A stretch of DNA of 64,000 nucleotides from a virus (IMGVR_UViG_3300013426_000019:94769-158768), one strand, 5' to 3'; shown: positions 27,472 through 37,207, counted from the stretch's first letter. Made by a program: numbers and translations. The notes: generated by a model from the letters alone, not told the origin.

Positions 27472-29556
27472 TTGGATAAAATATTAGTTGCAAATTTAAT
27501 GGAAGAATTAAATTCCTTAGGATACAAATTCCGAGGATATTTTTTCAGAAAAAGCCTATCGTCAAATGTCAATATTATTGAAGAAAACAATCAATATTAT
27601 ATTGAAAAGAAAGACTATGATCTTATGAAGAATTTTTATAAGGCCCATAAGGAAAATAGTTTACTATCAAAAGCAGAGTTTGTTAAAGCCTTAGGCGGAG
27701 CTTTATTTTGTGAAAAAAATAATTTTTTCAATATAAAGCCTTCTTTTGAATTAAAAAAAGGAGATTTTTTTCTTAAAAGTGATTTAGAAAAAGCCCATAA
27801 TTATATTGATGAAAAATTAAAGAATATTGAAATTGCAGACTCTTCCTGGACCCCTCTCAGTAAATTCTTAAGGAGTAGTCACATGGATAAATCCGTAATA
27901 ATTTCCAGCATAAGTTACCTTGGATATGAAAAAGAAGATGTTATAAAAAAATTACGCAAAGAAAATTCTGGAAAATTATTTTTAGCTATAAAAGAAAGTG
28001 TCTCCCAGGAAATTTTAACCCTAAAAGAAAAATACTCAGTGGCTGAGCTCAGCGAATTAAAAAGAAGAGATTCATGTCTCAAAAGATTTGGGGCTATTAA
28101 TAATTCATGTACAGCCTCTTGGAGGGAACAAGTCAAAGAAACCTCCTTGAAAAATTGGGGCACAGAACATCCCTGCCAAAGTGAAGAAATCAAAGAAAAA
28201 ACAAAAGAAAATTGTCTGAAATTATATGGGGTGGAATCAACAAATCAGCTCGAGTGGAAAAAAGAAAAAATAAAAAAAGCTGTTAAAGAAAAATATGGAG
28301 TTGATAATATTTTACAAGTTCCTGAAATACGTCAAAAAGGTCTAGAAACAAAAAGAAAAAAATACGGAGAAAATTTTGAAGTATTAACAGCAAGTCAAAT
28401 ACAGCTTCGAGAGAAAAATAAAAGAAAAGAGCAAGAAAAATTACAAGAAAAATTGGGCTTCAGTTTAATTTCAATTATAGATGCAGGAAATTCATTGCAC
28501 AGAGATACTCCTACTTTAAGAAATAAAATTAAATTATGGGATTTTAAAATTTATAAAGGAAAATTAAATCAATATATATCTTTTTCAGATTTTGAAATTA
28601 TAAGAAAAAAATATGATTTAAGTGCGCACTCTTCAAGCTCTACTGAGGAATTAGATCTATTAGAATTTGTAAAGAGTATTTATAAAGGAAAAATAAAACA
28701 TAATTGCTGGGATGTAATTAAGCCTTTAGAATTAGACATCTATATACCCAACAAAAATATAGCTATAGAATACAATGGACTGTATTGGCACAGTGATGCT
28801 TCGAATCTTAAAAAAGGGGAAATACCTGATAAAGAAAAAATATCTAAAAATATAAATAGGCATTTAATCAAAACAATAGATTGTGAGAAAAAAGGTATAA
28901 AACTTCTGCATATCTTTAGCGATGATTGGGAATATAAAAAAGAAATAGTAAAATCGATAATTGCCACTTCTCTGGGAGTATTTGCAAGAAAACTAAATGC
29001 AGAGGACTGTAGAATTGAAAAAATTCCTTTAGAAATTTATAAAAATTTTTTAAACAAAAATCATCTCCAGGGTTATGCTTACGCTAACATAAGAGTGGGG
29101 CTTTACTATAAGGGGGAATTGGTGCAATTATTAGGAATTAATTCAAAAGGTAACCACTCTAAAAAACCTGAATTAGTTAGGGTAGCAAACTCTCTTAATG
29201 TTCAAGTTGAAGGAGGATTTTCAAAATTATTAAATTATATAGACAGTACTTTTTCCTTCAAAGAAATAACATCTTATATTAATAGATCCCTATATTTAGA
29301 AAATAGCTATCAGATTAATAATTTTAAAATAGAAAAATATAATAAACCCTCCTATTCTTATATAAACCAATCTTCTCCTGAAAAAATTCGTATTCCTTAT
29401 TATAATTTTATGAAAGAAAAAATAAAGAAAGCATATGAAAAAGGAGAATTAAAATATTGGGATTCAGAAGAAACGGAAGCTCTTAATATGTATAAAAATG
29501 GCTACTATAGAATATATGATTGTGGGACAATTCAAGTAACAAGATCCTTGAACTAA
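27472..29556 (+). CDS. KYG-repeat homing-endonuclease-like protein (paralog of 2856..7317)
   Basis: K(Y/W/F)G repeats, ELDIYIP..NIAIEYNGLYWHS, HLQGY...GLYY.GE, GYYRIYDCG; start uncertain. Confidence 0.75.
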   Translation: MDKILVANLMEELNSLGYKFRGYFFRKSLSSNVNIIEENNQYYIEKKDYDLMKNFYKAHKENSLLSKAEFVKALGGALFCEKNNFFNIKPSFELKKGDFFLKSDLEKAHNYIDEKLKNIEIADSSWTPLSKFLRSSHMDKSVIISSISYLGYEKEDVIKKLRKENSGKLFLAIKESVSQEILTLKEKYSVAELSELKRRDSCLKRFGAINNSCTASWREQVKETSLKNWGTEHPCQSEEIKEKTKENCLKLYGVESTNQLEWKKEKIKKAVKEKYGVDNILQVPEIRQKGLETKRKKYGENFEVLTASQIQLREKNKRKEQEKLQEKLGFSLISIIDAGNSLHRDTPTLRNKIKLWDFKIYKGKLNQYISFSDFEIIRKKYDLSAHSSSSTEELDLLEFVKSIYKGKIKHNCWDVIKPLELDIYIPNKNIAIEYNGLYWHSDASNLKKGEIPDKEKISKNINRHLIKTIDCEKKGIKLLHIFSDDWEYKKEIVKSIIATSLGVFARKLNAEDCRIEKIPLEIYKNFLNKNHLQGYAYANIRVGLYYKGELVQLLGINSKGNHSKKPELVRVANSLNVQVEGGFSKLLNYIDSTFSFKEITSYINRSLYLENSYQINNFKIEKYNKPSYSYINQSSPEKIRIPYYNFMKEKIKKAYEKGELKYWDSEETEALNMYKNGYYRIYDCGTIQVTRSLN

Positions 29557-29632
29557 AACAGCTACACTACATGGTAGGCTCAGAACCGTAAGTGATCTTA
29601 GAAAAGAGTTCTACTCACTACTAGAAAAATAA
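29552..29632 (+). pseudogene. orphaned 3' end of folE
   Basis: Translates as TKTATLHGRLRTVSDLRKEFYSLLEK*, matching the FolE C-terminal T.T...G.F....R.EF..L pattern. Confidence 0.65.
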
Positions 29633-29651
29633 GTGAATAATCAAAAGAAAA

Positions 29652-29676
29652 AAGGGGGAGAGAAATCTCCCCCCTT
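29652..29676. terminator. hairpin; canonical U-tract only on the - strand
   Basis: AAAAGAAAAAA-GGGGGAGA-GAAA-TCTCCCCC. Confidence 0.65.
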
Positions 29677-29715
29677 AATTATGGATCAAAATTGTGAATA
29701 ATTACAAATAGGGGC

Positions 29716-29744
29716 TTGACATAAAAATAGTAGTGAGGTATAAT
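29716..29744 (+). promoter_or_regulatory. consensus sigma70 promoter
   Basis: TTGACA-17-TATAAT. Confidence 0.8.
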
Positions 29745-29781
29745 TATATCATAATTAAGAGGAGGTTCAAAAATATAAATT

Positions 29782-30249
29782 ATGAGCAATGTAGAAGAGA
29801 TTATCAGACTGTATAATAAAGCCCAAAATCATTTAGAGGATGAGTCACTTAAAAAGGAAGATGGTGAGTATCTTAGCAGATTCTATGAAGGTCTTAAGAG
29901 TAGCTTCGAATACTTAATAGAGCAATTTGGTGGGAATGTAACTTATGATAGAAACCATAGAATGACTGAATTACGGTTACCTAACATTAAAGAGGCTGAC
30001 TCATCTGCTATAAATTCTATTATAGATATGGCAGAGGAAAACGGTAAGTTCTACTGCTCAAAGGAATGTCACTCTCTAAATCGTAGAATGAAAATCTCTG
30101 AGTTAATCAGATCTCTAGAGGAAGCTAAAAAGGAACACGGAAACATAGAAGTCAGAGTACAATATAGAGATGATACCATGGACTACGAAGGTAAGGATAT
30201 GTTAATAAAAGACTACTACGATGAAGAAGAAAACATCTACGTATTGTAA
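29782..30249 (+). CDS. chimeric hypothetical protein (modules A+B+C)
   Basis: N-half resembles 30303, C-half resembles 30956. Confidence 0.7.
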   Translation: MSNVEEIIRLYNKAQNHLEDESLKKEDGEYLSRFYEGLKSSFEYLIEQFGGNVTYDRNHRMTELRLPNIKEADSSAINSIIDMAEENGKFYCSKECHSLNRRMKISELIRSLEEAKKEHGNIEVRVQYRDDTMDYEGKDMLIKDYYDEEENIYVL

Positions 30250-30302
30250 GGGTCTTAAAGGTAGCTTTGGGCATCTGATAAATAAAGGAGAATCATTAAA
30301 AC

Positions 30303-30731
30303 ATGACTAATGTAAAAGCAATTACAAGAGTATATAACAGAGCGATAGATCACTTAGAAAAAGAAGAGTTAAGAAGAGAAGATGGCAAGTATATCAGCAG
30401 ATTCTACGTAGGCTTAAAAGACAGCTTTGAATACCTAATAAAGTACTTTGAGGGCAGGGTAACCTATGATGCTTATCATAAGATAGTAGAATTATATATA
30501 CCTGAAATTAAGAAAGTAGATCCCTCTATTGTAGAGCTCTTCATGAAAAATCATATTGTTGCCGCTAAATTCAATACCCCTCAATATGAAGAAAGATACG
30601 GAAATGAAGGTTATCCTAGAGGCTTCTCCCATAATGTATTACAGTTCATGGAGTTTGTAGGTTATAGTCCAAAGTGGAAGAGTGAAGTATCTAAAGATGT
30701 ACTATTAGGGTTCGTTGCAAAGAATAAGTGA
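30303..30731 (+). CDS. hypothetical protein (module A)
   Basis: AAGGAG RBS; paralogous N-terminus to 29782. Confidence 0.7.
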   Translation: MTNVKAITRVYNRAIDHLEKEELRREDGKYISRFYVGLKDSFEYLIKYFEGRVTYDAYHKIVELYIPEIKKVDPSIVELFMKNHIVAAKFNTPQYEERYGNEGYPRGFSHNVLQFMEFVGYSPKWKSEVSKDVLLGFVAKNK

Positions 30732-30739
30732 AGCAGGGC

Positions 30740-30768
30740 TTGACAAAGATCATATAATATAGTATTAT
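30740..30768 (+). promoter_or_regulatory. sigma70 promoter
   Basis: TTGACA-17-TATTAT. Confidence 0.7.
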
Positions 30769-30790
30769 ATAATTGTAAGGAGATAACGAA

Positions 30791-30949
30791 ATGAGATTAT
30801 CTAAGTTAATTGAAATATTAGAAGATGCAAAAGAAGAACATGGTGATATAGAAGTTAGAATACAGTATATTGATGAGTCTGGGTTCAGTCGCAAAGGCGA
30901 TAATATTAACAACTACTACGATGAGGAAGATGGAACTTATACCCTCTGA
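30791..30949 (+). CDS. small protein (module C only), 52 aa
   Basis: MRLSKLIEILEDAKEEHGDIEVRIQY...; AAGGAG RBS; missed by the ORF track. Confidence 0.75.
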   Translation: MRLSKLIEILEDAKEEHGDIEVRIQYIDESGFSRKGDNINNYYDEEDGTYTL

Positions 30950-30955
30950 GGGAGA

Positions 30956-31315
30956 ATGAATATGGCAAATACAACAAATGATAATGTAGTAGTTACAAAG
31001 ATGGTTAAAAAGTGTGCTTGGTGCCATGAAGACATCGATGTGCAAGAGTTCAGAAGTGAGAATCCTAAATACTGCTACTACACAGGAAATTATATAGCAG
31101 AAGAAGACGGTAAGTTCTACTGTTCAAAGGAGTGCTACTCTCTGAGTCACAGAACGAAAATCTCTGAGTTAATTAAATCCTTAGAAGAGGCTAAAAAGAA
31201 GTATGGGGACGTAGAGGTCAGAGTGCAATATAGAGATGATACTATATTCTATGAGGGCATGGATATGGTAGTGGAGAACTACTTCGATGAAGAAGACAAC
31301 GTCTACGTATTATGA
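30956..31315 (+). CDS. zinc-finger-like (CxxC...FYCSxEC) plus module C protein
   Basis: CAWC and FYCSKEC motifs; C-terminus shared with 29782 and 30791. Confidence 0.7.
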   Translation: MNMANTTNDNVVVTKMVKKCAWCHEDIDVQEFRSENPKYCYYTGNYIAEEDGKFYCSKECYSLSHRTKISELIKSLEEAKKKYGDVEVRVQYRDDTIFYEGMDMVVENYFDEEDNVYVL

Positions 31316-31327
31316 GGAGTTAAAAAA

Positions 31328-32056
31328 ATGTTTATAGTGCTAGAACATATAGATGGGGCAGGGGGGACAACACAAGCAAAAGCCTTAGCCACTTACTTAA
31401 AGAATATAGAAATCCCTGTAGAAGTAACAGCCGAACCTACGACTGAAAGTAAGTATGGTAGAGTTCTAAGACTAATGCAGAGGGGATATGAGTTAAAAGA
31501 AGCAATGGATAACCTAGCCCTAAAAGAGGAGGATATGGAAATTGCAACCCTTATAGAGCTCCTATATAAAAAGTATGATGTATCAAACAAACAGATCCTC
31601 TATAGTACCCTCTACACCTTAGATAGAGCTCAGCATATTAGAAAGATTAAATCTCTATTAAATAGAGGTACCTGGGTTATATGTGATAGATATAAGTTAT
31701 CGTCACTGGCATATCAAGGTATTGCGAAAATAGGAGAATCTGAAGAATCTACTCGTCTAAAACAAGAAGGCATTATGGAAGCAAATAGCGGGTTTAGAGA
31801 TCCTGATCTCAGCATCCTCCTAGATATTCCTGTTGAAGAGTCCCTTAGAAGAATAGATAAAAGAGGGGAGACTAAAGAGATCTTTGAGAATAAAAAAACT
31901 CTAGAAGCTGCTTATAATATATATAAAGACTACTTTGAGGACAGTAATAATTGGAGTGACACTAAAAAGAGATGTATAATAGATGCAACTCAGACACCTG
32001 AGAAGGTAACAAAAGAAATTATAAGACAGATTTGCGCTAACTTCGGGAGGGATTAA
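31328..32056 (+). CDS. tmk: thymidylate kinase family protein (P-loop Lys replaced)
   Basis: FIVLEHIDGAGGTTQ, EPT, DRAQH, CDRY..SSLAYQG, PDL...LD. Confidence 0.82.
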   Translation: MFIVLEHIDGAGGTTQAKALATYLKNIEIPVEVTAEPTTESKYGRVLRLMQRGYELKEAMDNLALKEEDMEIATLIELLYKKYDVSNKQILYSTLYTLDRAQHIRKIKSLLNRGTWVICDRYKLSSLAYQGIAKIGESEESTRLKQEGIMEANSGFRDPDLSILLDIPVEESLRRIDKRGETKEIFENKKTLEAAYNIYKDYFEDSNNWSDTKKRCIIDATQTPEKVTKEIIRQICANFGRD

Positions 32057-32058
32057 AA

Positions 32059-32292
32059 ATGCATGACTGGGACTTCGATATAACGTTCTGCAATGGTGAG
32101 ACTACTAAAAAAGTATGTCCTGTGAGAGATACTTGTAAAAGATACTGGACTGAAAAACATACGGGGGAAGCAGAGAGGCTGGGATTAAAGTATCACTCCT
32201 TCTTCTTGTGGGATAATCCAGACGAGATTACTGATAAAGGTTGCAAATACTATTGGGAGAAGCCTAATAATGAGGCTAACCGAAACGAGTAG
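32059..32292 (+). CDS. small Cys-rich protein
   Basis: DITFC...CP...C.RY...C.YYW. Confidence 0.65.
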   Translation: MHDWDFDITFCNGETTKKVCPVRDTCKRYWTEKHTGEAERLGLKYHSFFLWDNPDEITDKGCKYYWEKPNNEANRNE

Positions 32293-32453
32293 TCTGTATA
32301 AGCTTAAAGATATCTTAAGATATCCTCTACAGCAGAAAGCAAAACTCTCAGGTACTTGTGGGGGTATGGTAGTGAGCATATACTAACAAAAGTTCAGGAA
32401 GAAGAAAGCTCTAGGAATATAAGAAGTGCACTCATAAAGGGAGGGAATAAAAA

Positions 32454-33269
32454 ATGAAAATAAGAAATGGCTTTGTAAGTAATAGTTCAAGCTCTAGCTT
32501 CATTGTATACAAGAAAAGTAATATAGGTAACTTCGATTATAAATCTGCCAAGTCTTATCTGGGAGAAAAATGTGACAGTCTCTGCACTTACTTCAAATGT
32601 ATTGAAAATGATCATAACTTCAAAGAATACTCTATGATACTCCCAATAAGTAAAAAGGGCGTTAACAAAAACTTCGGCTGGGAGTTCGAAAGATATTATA
32701 GCTTTGAAGACAAAGTCAACTTCATGTATCTCCAAATGCAAGAAATCTTAAAAATAACAAACATAAAGTTATTATATCTCAGAGATGGCGATGGTCATTG
32801 GGAAGATCCTAAATATCTTGAACTTGAGAACTTAAATGATAAGGTAGGTAATGTCCTAACCTCATTAGGTTGTGCCTTAAAAGAGATATGTGTTGGATGT
32901 AATGATCTTGACAGAAAGGAAGAAAATAATAAGTGGTGCTTCGATATATATACAGATTATAACCAACTATACGGAGACTCTGCTTGCATGGTAGATCCCT
33001 CCTTTGAGCCCTTCGAGATTGATCATCAATCATTATGGACTGATAAAATGCACTTCGAGGAATTAATGACCTTCTTGGACAAGCTAACCACTAAAGAAGG
33101 TATACTAAATTATCTACTAGGCGACTCATACATACAAGGTGGAAACGACAACGAACCTGCAGAAGACTTAACCCCTGAATATATAGAATCCAAGAGGTAT
33201 GTGAAAAAATACCTAGAGGAGACATGTGGTAAAGAGTGTGCTGATAGGTTCGAAGGAATGTACATGTGA
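32454..33269 (+). CDS. MKIRxGFVSNSSSSSF-motif protein (copy 2)
   Basis: N-terminus MKIRNGFVSNSSSSSFI; IDHQS and GNDN motifs. Confidence 0.75.
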   Translation: MKIRNGFVSNSSSSSFIVYKKSNIGNFDYKSAKSYLGEKCDSLCTYFKCIENDHNFKEYSMILPISKKGVNKNFGWEFERYYSFEDKVNFMYLQMQEILKITNIKLLYLRDGDGHWEDPKYLELENLNDKVGNVLTSLGCALKEICVGCNDLDRKEENNKWCFDIYTDYNQLYGDSACMVDPSFEPFEIDHQSLWTDKMHFEELMTFLDKLTTKEGILNYLLGDSYIQGGNDNEPAEDLTPEYIESKRYVKKYLEETCGKECADRFEGMYM

Positions 33270-33856
33270 AGGAGGATCAAACAATGCAAAAAATCTTAAA
33301 ATATATAAAAATAGGGCTTGTGTTATTAATTAAGGAATTAGCTCGACTTGTAAGTGCAATGGCGTTAACAGCACTCATTATGTTCTTGATACCTGGTTAT
33401 CTAGAATATAAATCTCTAAACCTAATGCTTATAATCTTTATGATGAATATAACTCTACTGCCTATATGGGGTGGGTTTGTGTCTAAATGTCTAACCTACT
33501 TATACTACTGGTTGTTTGCCGGAGACTCGGATAATGACTTACTAGACTTAAGCGAATATGAGCCACAATACTTCTCCTTTGAAGAAGATGGCCATAAGCC
33601 TAAATCATTAAGTAATATAGAAGAATTATATACTAAACATGCCAATAATAGATCCGGGATGAACAAGGAGTATAATAAGGGCTACATCTCAGGCATAACA
33701 GATACTCTTAAAGAGATGAGCCTAGATTACCTAGAAAAAGATGATAATGAAGGTAATGCTATCTTAAATATCAGAGGTATTGACAATGCCTACATTATAG
33801 ATATGGAGTCTGAGGAAGGTAATAAGGCAAGTAGCAAGGAATCTAAAAATGGATAA
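33266..33856 (+). CDS. membrane-anchored hypothetical protein
   Basis: Two hydrophobic N-terminal segments. Confidence 0.6.
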   Translation: MKEDQTMQKILKYIKIGLVLLIKELARLVSAMALTALIMFLIPGYLEYKSLNLMLIIFMMNITLLPIWGGFVSKCLTYLYYWLFAGDSDNDLLDLSEYEPQYFSFEEDGHKPKSLSNIEELYTKHANNRSGMNKEYNKGYISGITDTLKEMSLDYLEKDDNEGNAILNIRGIDNAYIIDMESEEGNKASSKESKNG

Positions 33857-34547
33857 TATATGCATAGACGGAAATAACCTAACATGTATAGCTTACTCGA
33901 CACCAGTACCTGGAATAGATAGCGCCTTAGAGAGGACGTATAGTGTTCTATCTAGGATGCTGGGTAAACTTAAGCAAAAGTATGACGGCAACTTCTACGT
34001 ATGCTGGGACACTAGAGGAGGTACTACATTCAGGAAACAAATAGACTCAAATTACAAGGCTACTAGAGACCCCTCTAAGTTTGACTTCACTGTTATTGAG
34101 AAATGTAAGGTGCTATATGAAGACTTCGGGATTAAATCTATAAATATACCTCAATGTGAAGGTGACGATGCACTGTTTGTATTATGTAAATACCTGAGGA
34201 AGAAGGATCCTCAGAGTAATATAGTAATAATATCTAGAGACAAGGACCTCTTACAAATTGTGCAGAAGGGTTATGCTAATACTCAATATGATCCTGTTAA
34301 GAAGAATAATATAGTGCCACCTTGGTATGATGTAGTTAAGTATAAAGCACTAGTAGGAGACAGTTCGGATAATATATCGGGAGTAAAAGGAATTGGACAA
34401 AAAGCTGCTATTAAAATTATATCGGGAATGAAAACCCTAACTGAGGAACAAGAGATCCAATATCAGAAGTGCCTAAAATTGGTTGATGCAACTATGAATC
34501 CCAACTTCGAAAAAAATTATAGCTTAGTTGAAACCTTAAACCTGTAA
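33849..34547 (+). CDS. 5'-3' exonuclease / T4 RNase H-like flap nuclease
   Basis: IDGNN, WD, YKATR, EGDD, SRDKD, GDSSDNISGVKGIG (H3TH). Confidence 0.9.
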   Translation: MDNICIDGNNLTCIAYSTPVPGIDSALERTYSVLSRMLGKLKQKYDGNFYVCWDTRGGTTFRKQIDSNYKATRDPSKFDFTVIEKCKVLYEDFGIKSINIPQCEGDDALFVLCKYLRKKDPQSNIVIISRDKDLLQIVQKGYANTQYDPVKKNNIVPPWYDVVKYKALVGDSSDNISGVKGIGQKAAIKIISGMKTLTEEQEIQYQKCLKLVDATMNPNFEKNYSLVETLNL

Positions 34548-34636
34548 AGGTTAAATTACATTAGAACATAAGCACTAATTAAGTAGCTACTATTATCTAC
34601 TAATATATTGTGGCTAAATTATCGTGAGGAATAATC

Positions 34637-35407
34637 ATGGAAAGTAATATCAGGAACTCCAAAGAAGAAATTGTAAAAAAGAAATTAGGAAGTGAAGATA
34701 TAGATCTCAGCAACGTTAAAGAAGAAGATCTTGACAAAGCTATCACTGATGAAGATAAAAAGAACCTTATAAAAGATGAAACTCAGACAAAAGATCTAGA
34801 CTTAGACAATCTTAAAGATGATCAACTAGATAATCTATTGGGCCATCTTGACTTTGAGTCTAAGGGATCGAGCTTGGCAGAATCCATAGATGATGCAGTA
34901 GCTTATATGATAAGAGACGGATATGAAGATAAGACTATCTGTGATGTCTTGAAGAACTATGTACAGCTTAAGACAGATGAGGCTGAGAAAATCTATAATG
35001 ATATCTCCTCTACACTTGAAATGGTAGTAGATATTGATGACAAAAAATCAAAGGATACGCCTCATATTGAGGACCTAGAAAAGAGTGAAGGCGAGAAAGT
35101 CAAGGAACCTGACTTACCCGAAGTAGAATATGGCTATGAAAAAGAGGCTAAGAAAGAGCCGGAAGCTGAAGACATATCCACTAAAAAAGAAGAAAAGGTA
35201 ACTAAAGACTTAAAAGAAAGTGCCGATGAAGTTATCCACTACTATTATAGAGGGGAAGAAATCTCTGGAGATGAAGCAGAGAAGCTGCTTGGACTTAAAA
35301 CACTGAATGATTATATCAATGAAGCTCAGACTATGTACGTGATTGACCCTGCAGGAAGTGAGAAGAATGGTGTTAAGTGGGATGACTTCACTATAAAAAT
35401 TGACTAA
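34637..35407 (+). CDS. acidic hypothetical protein (possible prohead/scaffold component)
   Basis: Very D/E-rich; ACTAAT motifs upstream. Confidence 0.55.
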   Translation: MESNIRNSKEEIVKKKLGSEDIDLSNVKEEDLDKAITDEDKKNLIKDETQTKDLDLDNLKDDQLDNLLGHLDFESKGSSLAESIDDAVAYMIRDGYEDKTICDVLKNYVQLKTDEAEKIYNDISSTLEMVVDIDDKKSKDTPHIEDLEKSEGEKVKEPDLPEVEYGYEKEAKKEPEAEDISTKKEEKVTKDLKESADEVIHYYYRGEEISGDEAEKLLGLKTLNDYINEAQTMYVIDPAGSEKNGVKWDDFTIKID

Positions 35408-35437
35408 CCCCTCCTTAAAAAAATATAATGAAAACGA

Positions 35438-35466
35438 TTGACCTCTCAGCAATGAGAGGTTATAAT
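35438..35466 (+). promoter_or_regulatory. sigma70 promoter
   Basis: TTGACC-17-TATAAT. Confidence 0.7.
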
Positions 35467-35493
35467 ATATACATACTAGGAGGACTTAGAATT

Positions 35494-35766
35494 ATGGAAA
35501 GAAGAAATGAATGTAGATATTGTGGTAGAGTGGCACATGGATATGGTTGTGGCTTAAGTCCTAATCACTATCATATGGAAGAAGGTGATCCAGATCATTG
35601 TGTCTGGTGTGGCTCAACAAGTTATGGTTATAGCTGCGGGCTCAACCCAACAGGAATGCATGTGCATGTGCATGGGCATGGAGATGGTAAATGTATCTAT
35701 TGTGGTAAACCATATCAACGAGGTAGACGTTGTCCAGCATCGCCATCAGGCCTCTGTGAAGCATAG
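35494..35766 (+). CDS. triple Cys/His-repeat metal-binding protein
   Basis: Three C-x-(Y/W)-C-G...C...(S/N)P...(H/C) units; AGGAGG RBS before ATG 35494. Confidence 0.7.
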   Translation: MERRNECRYCGRVAHGYGCGLSPNHYHMEEGDPDHCVWCGSTSYGYSCGLNPTGMHVHVHGHGDGKCIYCGKPYQRGRRCPASPSGLCEA

Positions 35767-35808
35767 GATAAGAAAGCAACTTATTATATATAATGAGGAG
35801 TTATAAAA

Positions 35809-36045
35809 ATGCCAGAATCATATGAGAGTTATAGATTAAGAGCCTTAGAGGCTGAAAGAAGAAGCCTACAGGCTGACTTAGTTAAATATATCAAATTAGC
35901 TTATAAAGACGGGAATATAGACAGCACATCATATACAAATCTAATGAAACAGCCTTCTGTGCAGGATATGGCATTGGGATTGATAAGTGATCTCTACCAT
36001 AAAATAGATATCTTGAAATTAAAGCTATCTGAAAAAGACAACTAA
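35809..36045 (+). CDS. hypothetical protein
   Basis: GAGGAG RBS. Confidence 0.65.
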   Translation: MPESYESYRLRALEAERRSLQADLVKYIKLAYKDGNIDSTSYTNLMKQPSVQDMALGLISDLYHKIDILKLKLSEKDN

Positions 36046-36059
36046 AGGAGAGAACTGAA

Positions 36060-36590
36060 ATGGCAACAAGCTTCAAAGATTATCATAATACAAAGTACCC
36101 AACATCTAAGAGTCTTAATGAGCCTAAGAAGAGATATAATGAAAGTATCAGTAACGACTACCCGGTAACTATCAGCACTAAAATTATGGTACCCGCTAGG
36201 TCTATCTCCGAGGAAGACTTAGACAGTGTAGAGAATCGCTGGGGAGATATCCCCCACTACTGGGATAAGAGAGATGAAAACTCAGATACAAAAGGTGAGG
36301 CTGTTACTTTCGATATCTTAGAGTGGGCTTATGGTGATCCTGAAATGGAGACAAACATGGCAGATGATTGGGGAAGACGAGAAGGTAGATACAGAGTCTT
36401 TGAGTTCACCTCTGAAACAAGTGTCTATGTTGAAGTTAACAATGATTATGATGACATAGACTTAGACAGAGACTTAGGTAGTGTAGACGAGCTGGATGAT
36501 GCTTACGACGGAGCTCTAAGTACTCTAATGAAGGATCTCAAAAAGAAGTACGGTATAGAAGCTAAATACGACTATACAATTGAATGTTAA
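36060..36590 (+). CDS. acidic hypothetical protein
   Basis: AAGGAG RBS. Confidence 0.65.
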   Translation: MATSFKDYHNTKYPTSKSLNEPKKRYNESISNDYPVTISTKIMVPARSISEEDLDSVENRWGDIPHYWDKRDENSDTKGEAVTFDILEWAYGDPEMETNMADDWGRREGRYRVFEFTSETSVYVEVNNDYDDIDLDRDLGSVDELDDAYDGALSTLMKDLKKKYGIEAKYDYTIEC

Positions 36591-36611
36591 GTTAAGTGAA
36601 TCAAAAATAAT

Positions 36612-36633
36612 AGGAGGGCTTAAAGGTCCTCCT
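36612..36633. terminator. hairpin between convergent genes
   Basis: AGGAGGGC/GTCCTCCT. Confidence 0.6.
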
Positions 36634-36637
36634 TATA

Positions 36638-37207
36638 TTATGCCTTACCCTCTTCAGAATTAGGTTCACTGTAATCTTTATACAAACACTGCAACCTTAT
36701 ATCATCTGCATAATTACCGCTGTTCCACGCCTTGATGTCGGCAATTGCCCCTTCAGGACTTATGTGGGTCTTATCATACCTGACATAGTTGAGAAGCCTC
36801 CAGCCATCCCCCTCATTAGCCACAGCTACAAAGTGTGACTGGGTGAAGGGATGCTTAGTGTTAGTTACAATCCACTCCTGAACAGGAATATTATGATAGA
36901 TATAGTAGGAAGACCATATACGAGCCCAGTTATCACAATCTCTGTCAGTTGTTAAGTCCTTGAAGAAGAATTGAGGCTTATCAAGAGGCTGGCTATTGTC
37001 TAATAATCCTCTAAGCTTATCCCAATTATATGTATACTTAAATCCGTTAATCAACCTTGAAAATGCCGAAGGTGACAAGTCTCTGACGTCTTCCCACTTA
37101 TCTAGATCAGGTAACTTCTCCCAATCCTTAGGCCGAAATAATTGCCAAGTTAAGGGCTCAAACAATCTACGCAAGCAAGCAACAAATCTCAAAATCATCT
37201 CCATCAT
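36638..37207 (-). CDS. transglutaminase/papain-like cysteine peptidase candidate
   Basis: DCDNWA followed by HFVAV and LLNY, a Cys-His-Asn triad order. Confidence 0.5.
   Translation of the reverse strand: MMEMILRFVACLRRLFEPLTWQLFRPKDWEKLPDLDKWEDVRDLSPSAFSRLINGFKYTYNWDKLRGLLDNSQPLDKPQFFFKDLTTDRDCDNWARIWSSYYIYHNIPVQEWIVTNTKHPFTQSHFVAVANEGDGWRLLNYVRYDKTHISPEGAIADIKAWNSGNYADDIRLQCLYKDYSEPNSEEGKA

Noticed and set aside
27250-29551. Group I intron in folE
   Set aside because: No in-phase U/G splice junction pair or recognisable P7 core found, and the upstream folE already has a complete alternative C-terminus
35428-35493. Upstream starts given in the ORF track (also 589, 2835, 10333, 20535, 62133)
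   Set aside because: These extensions overlap promoter elements or neighbouring genes; downstream ATGs fit the RBS or gene overlaps better
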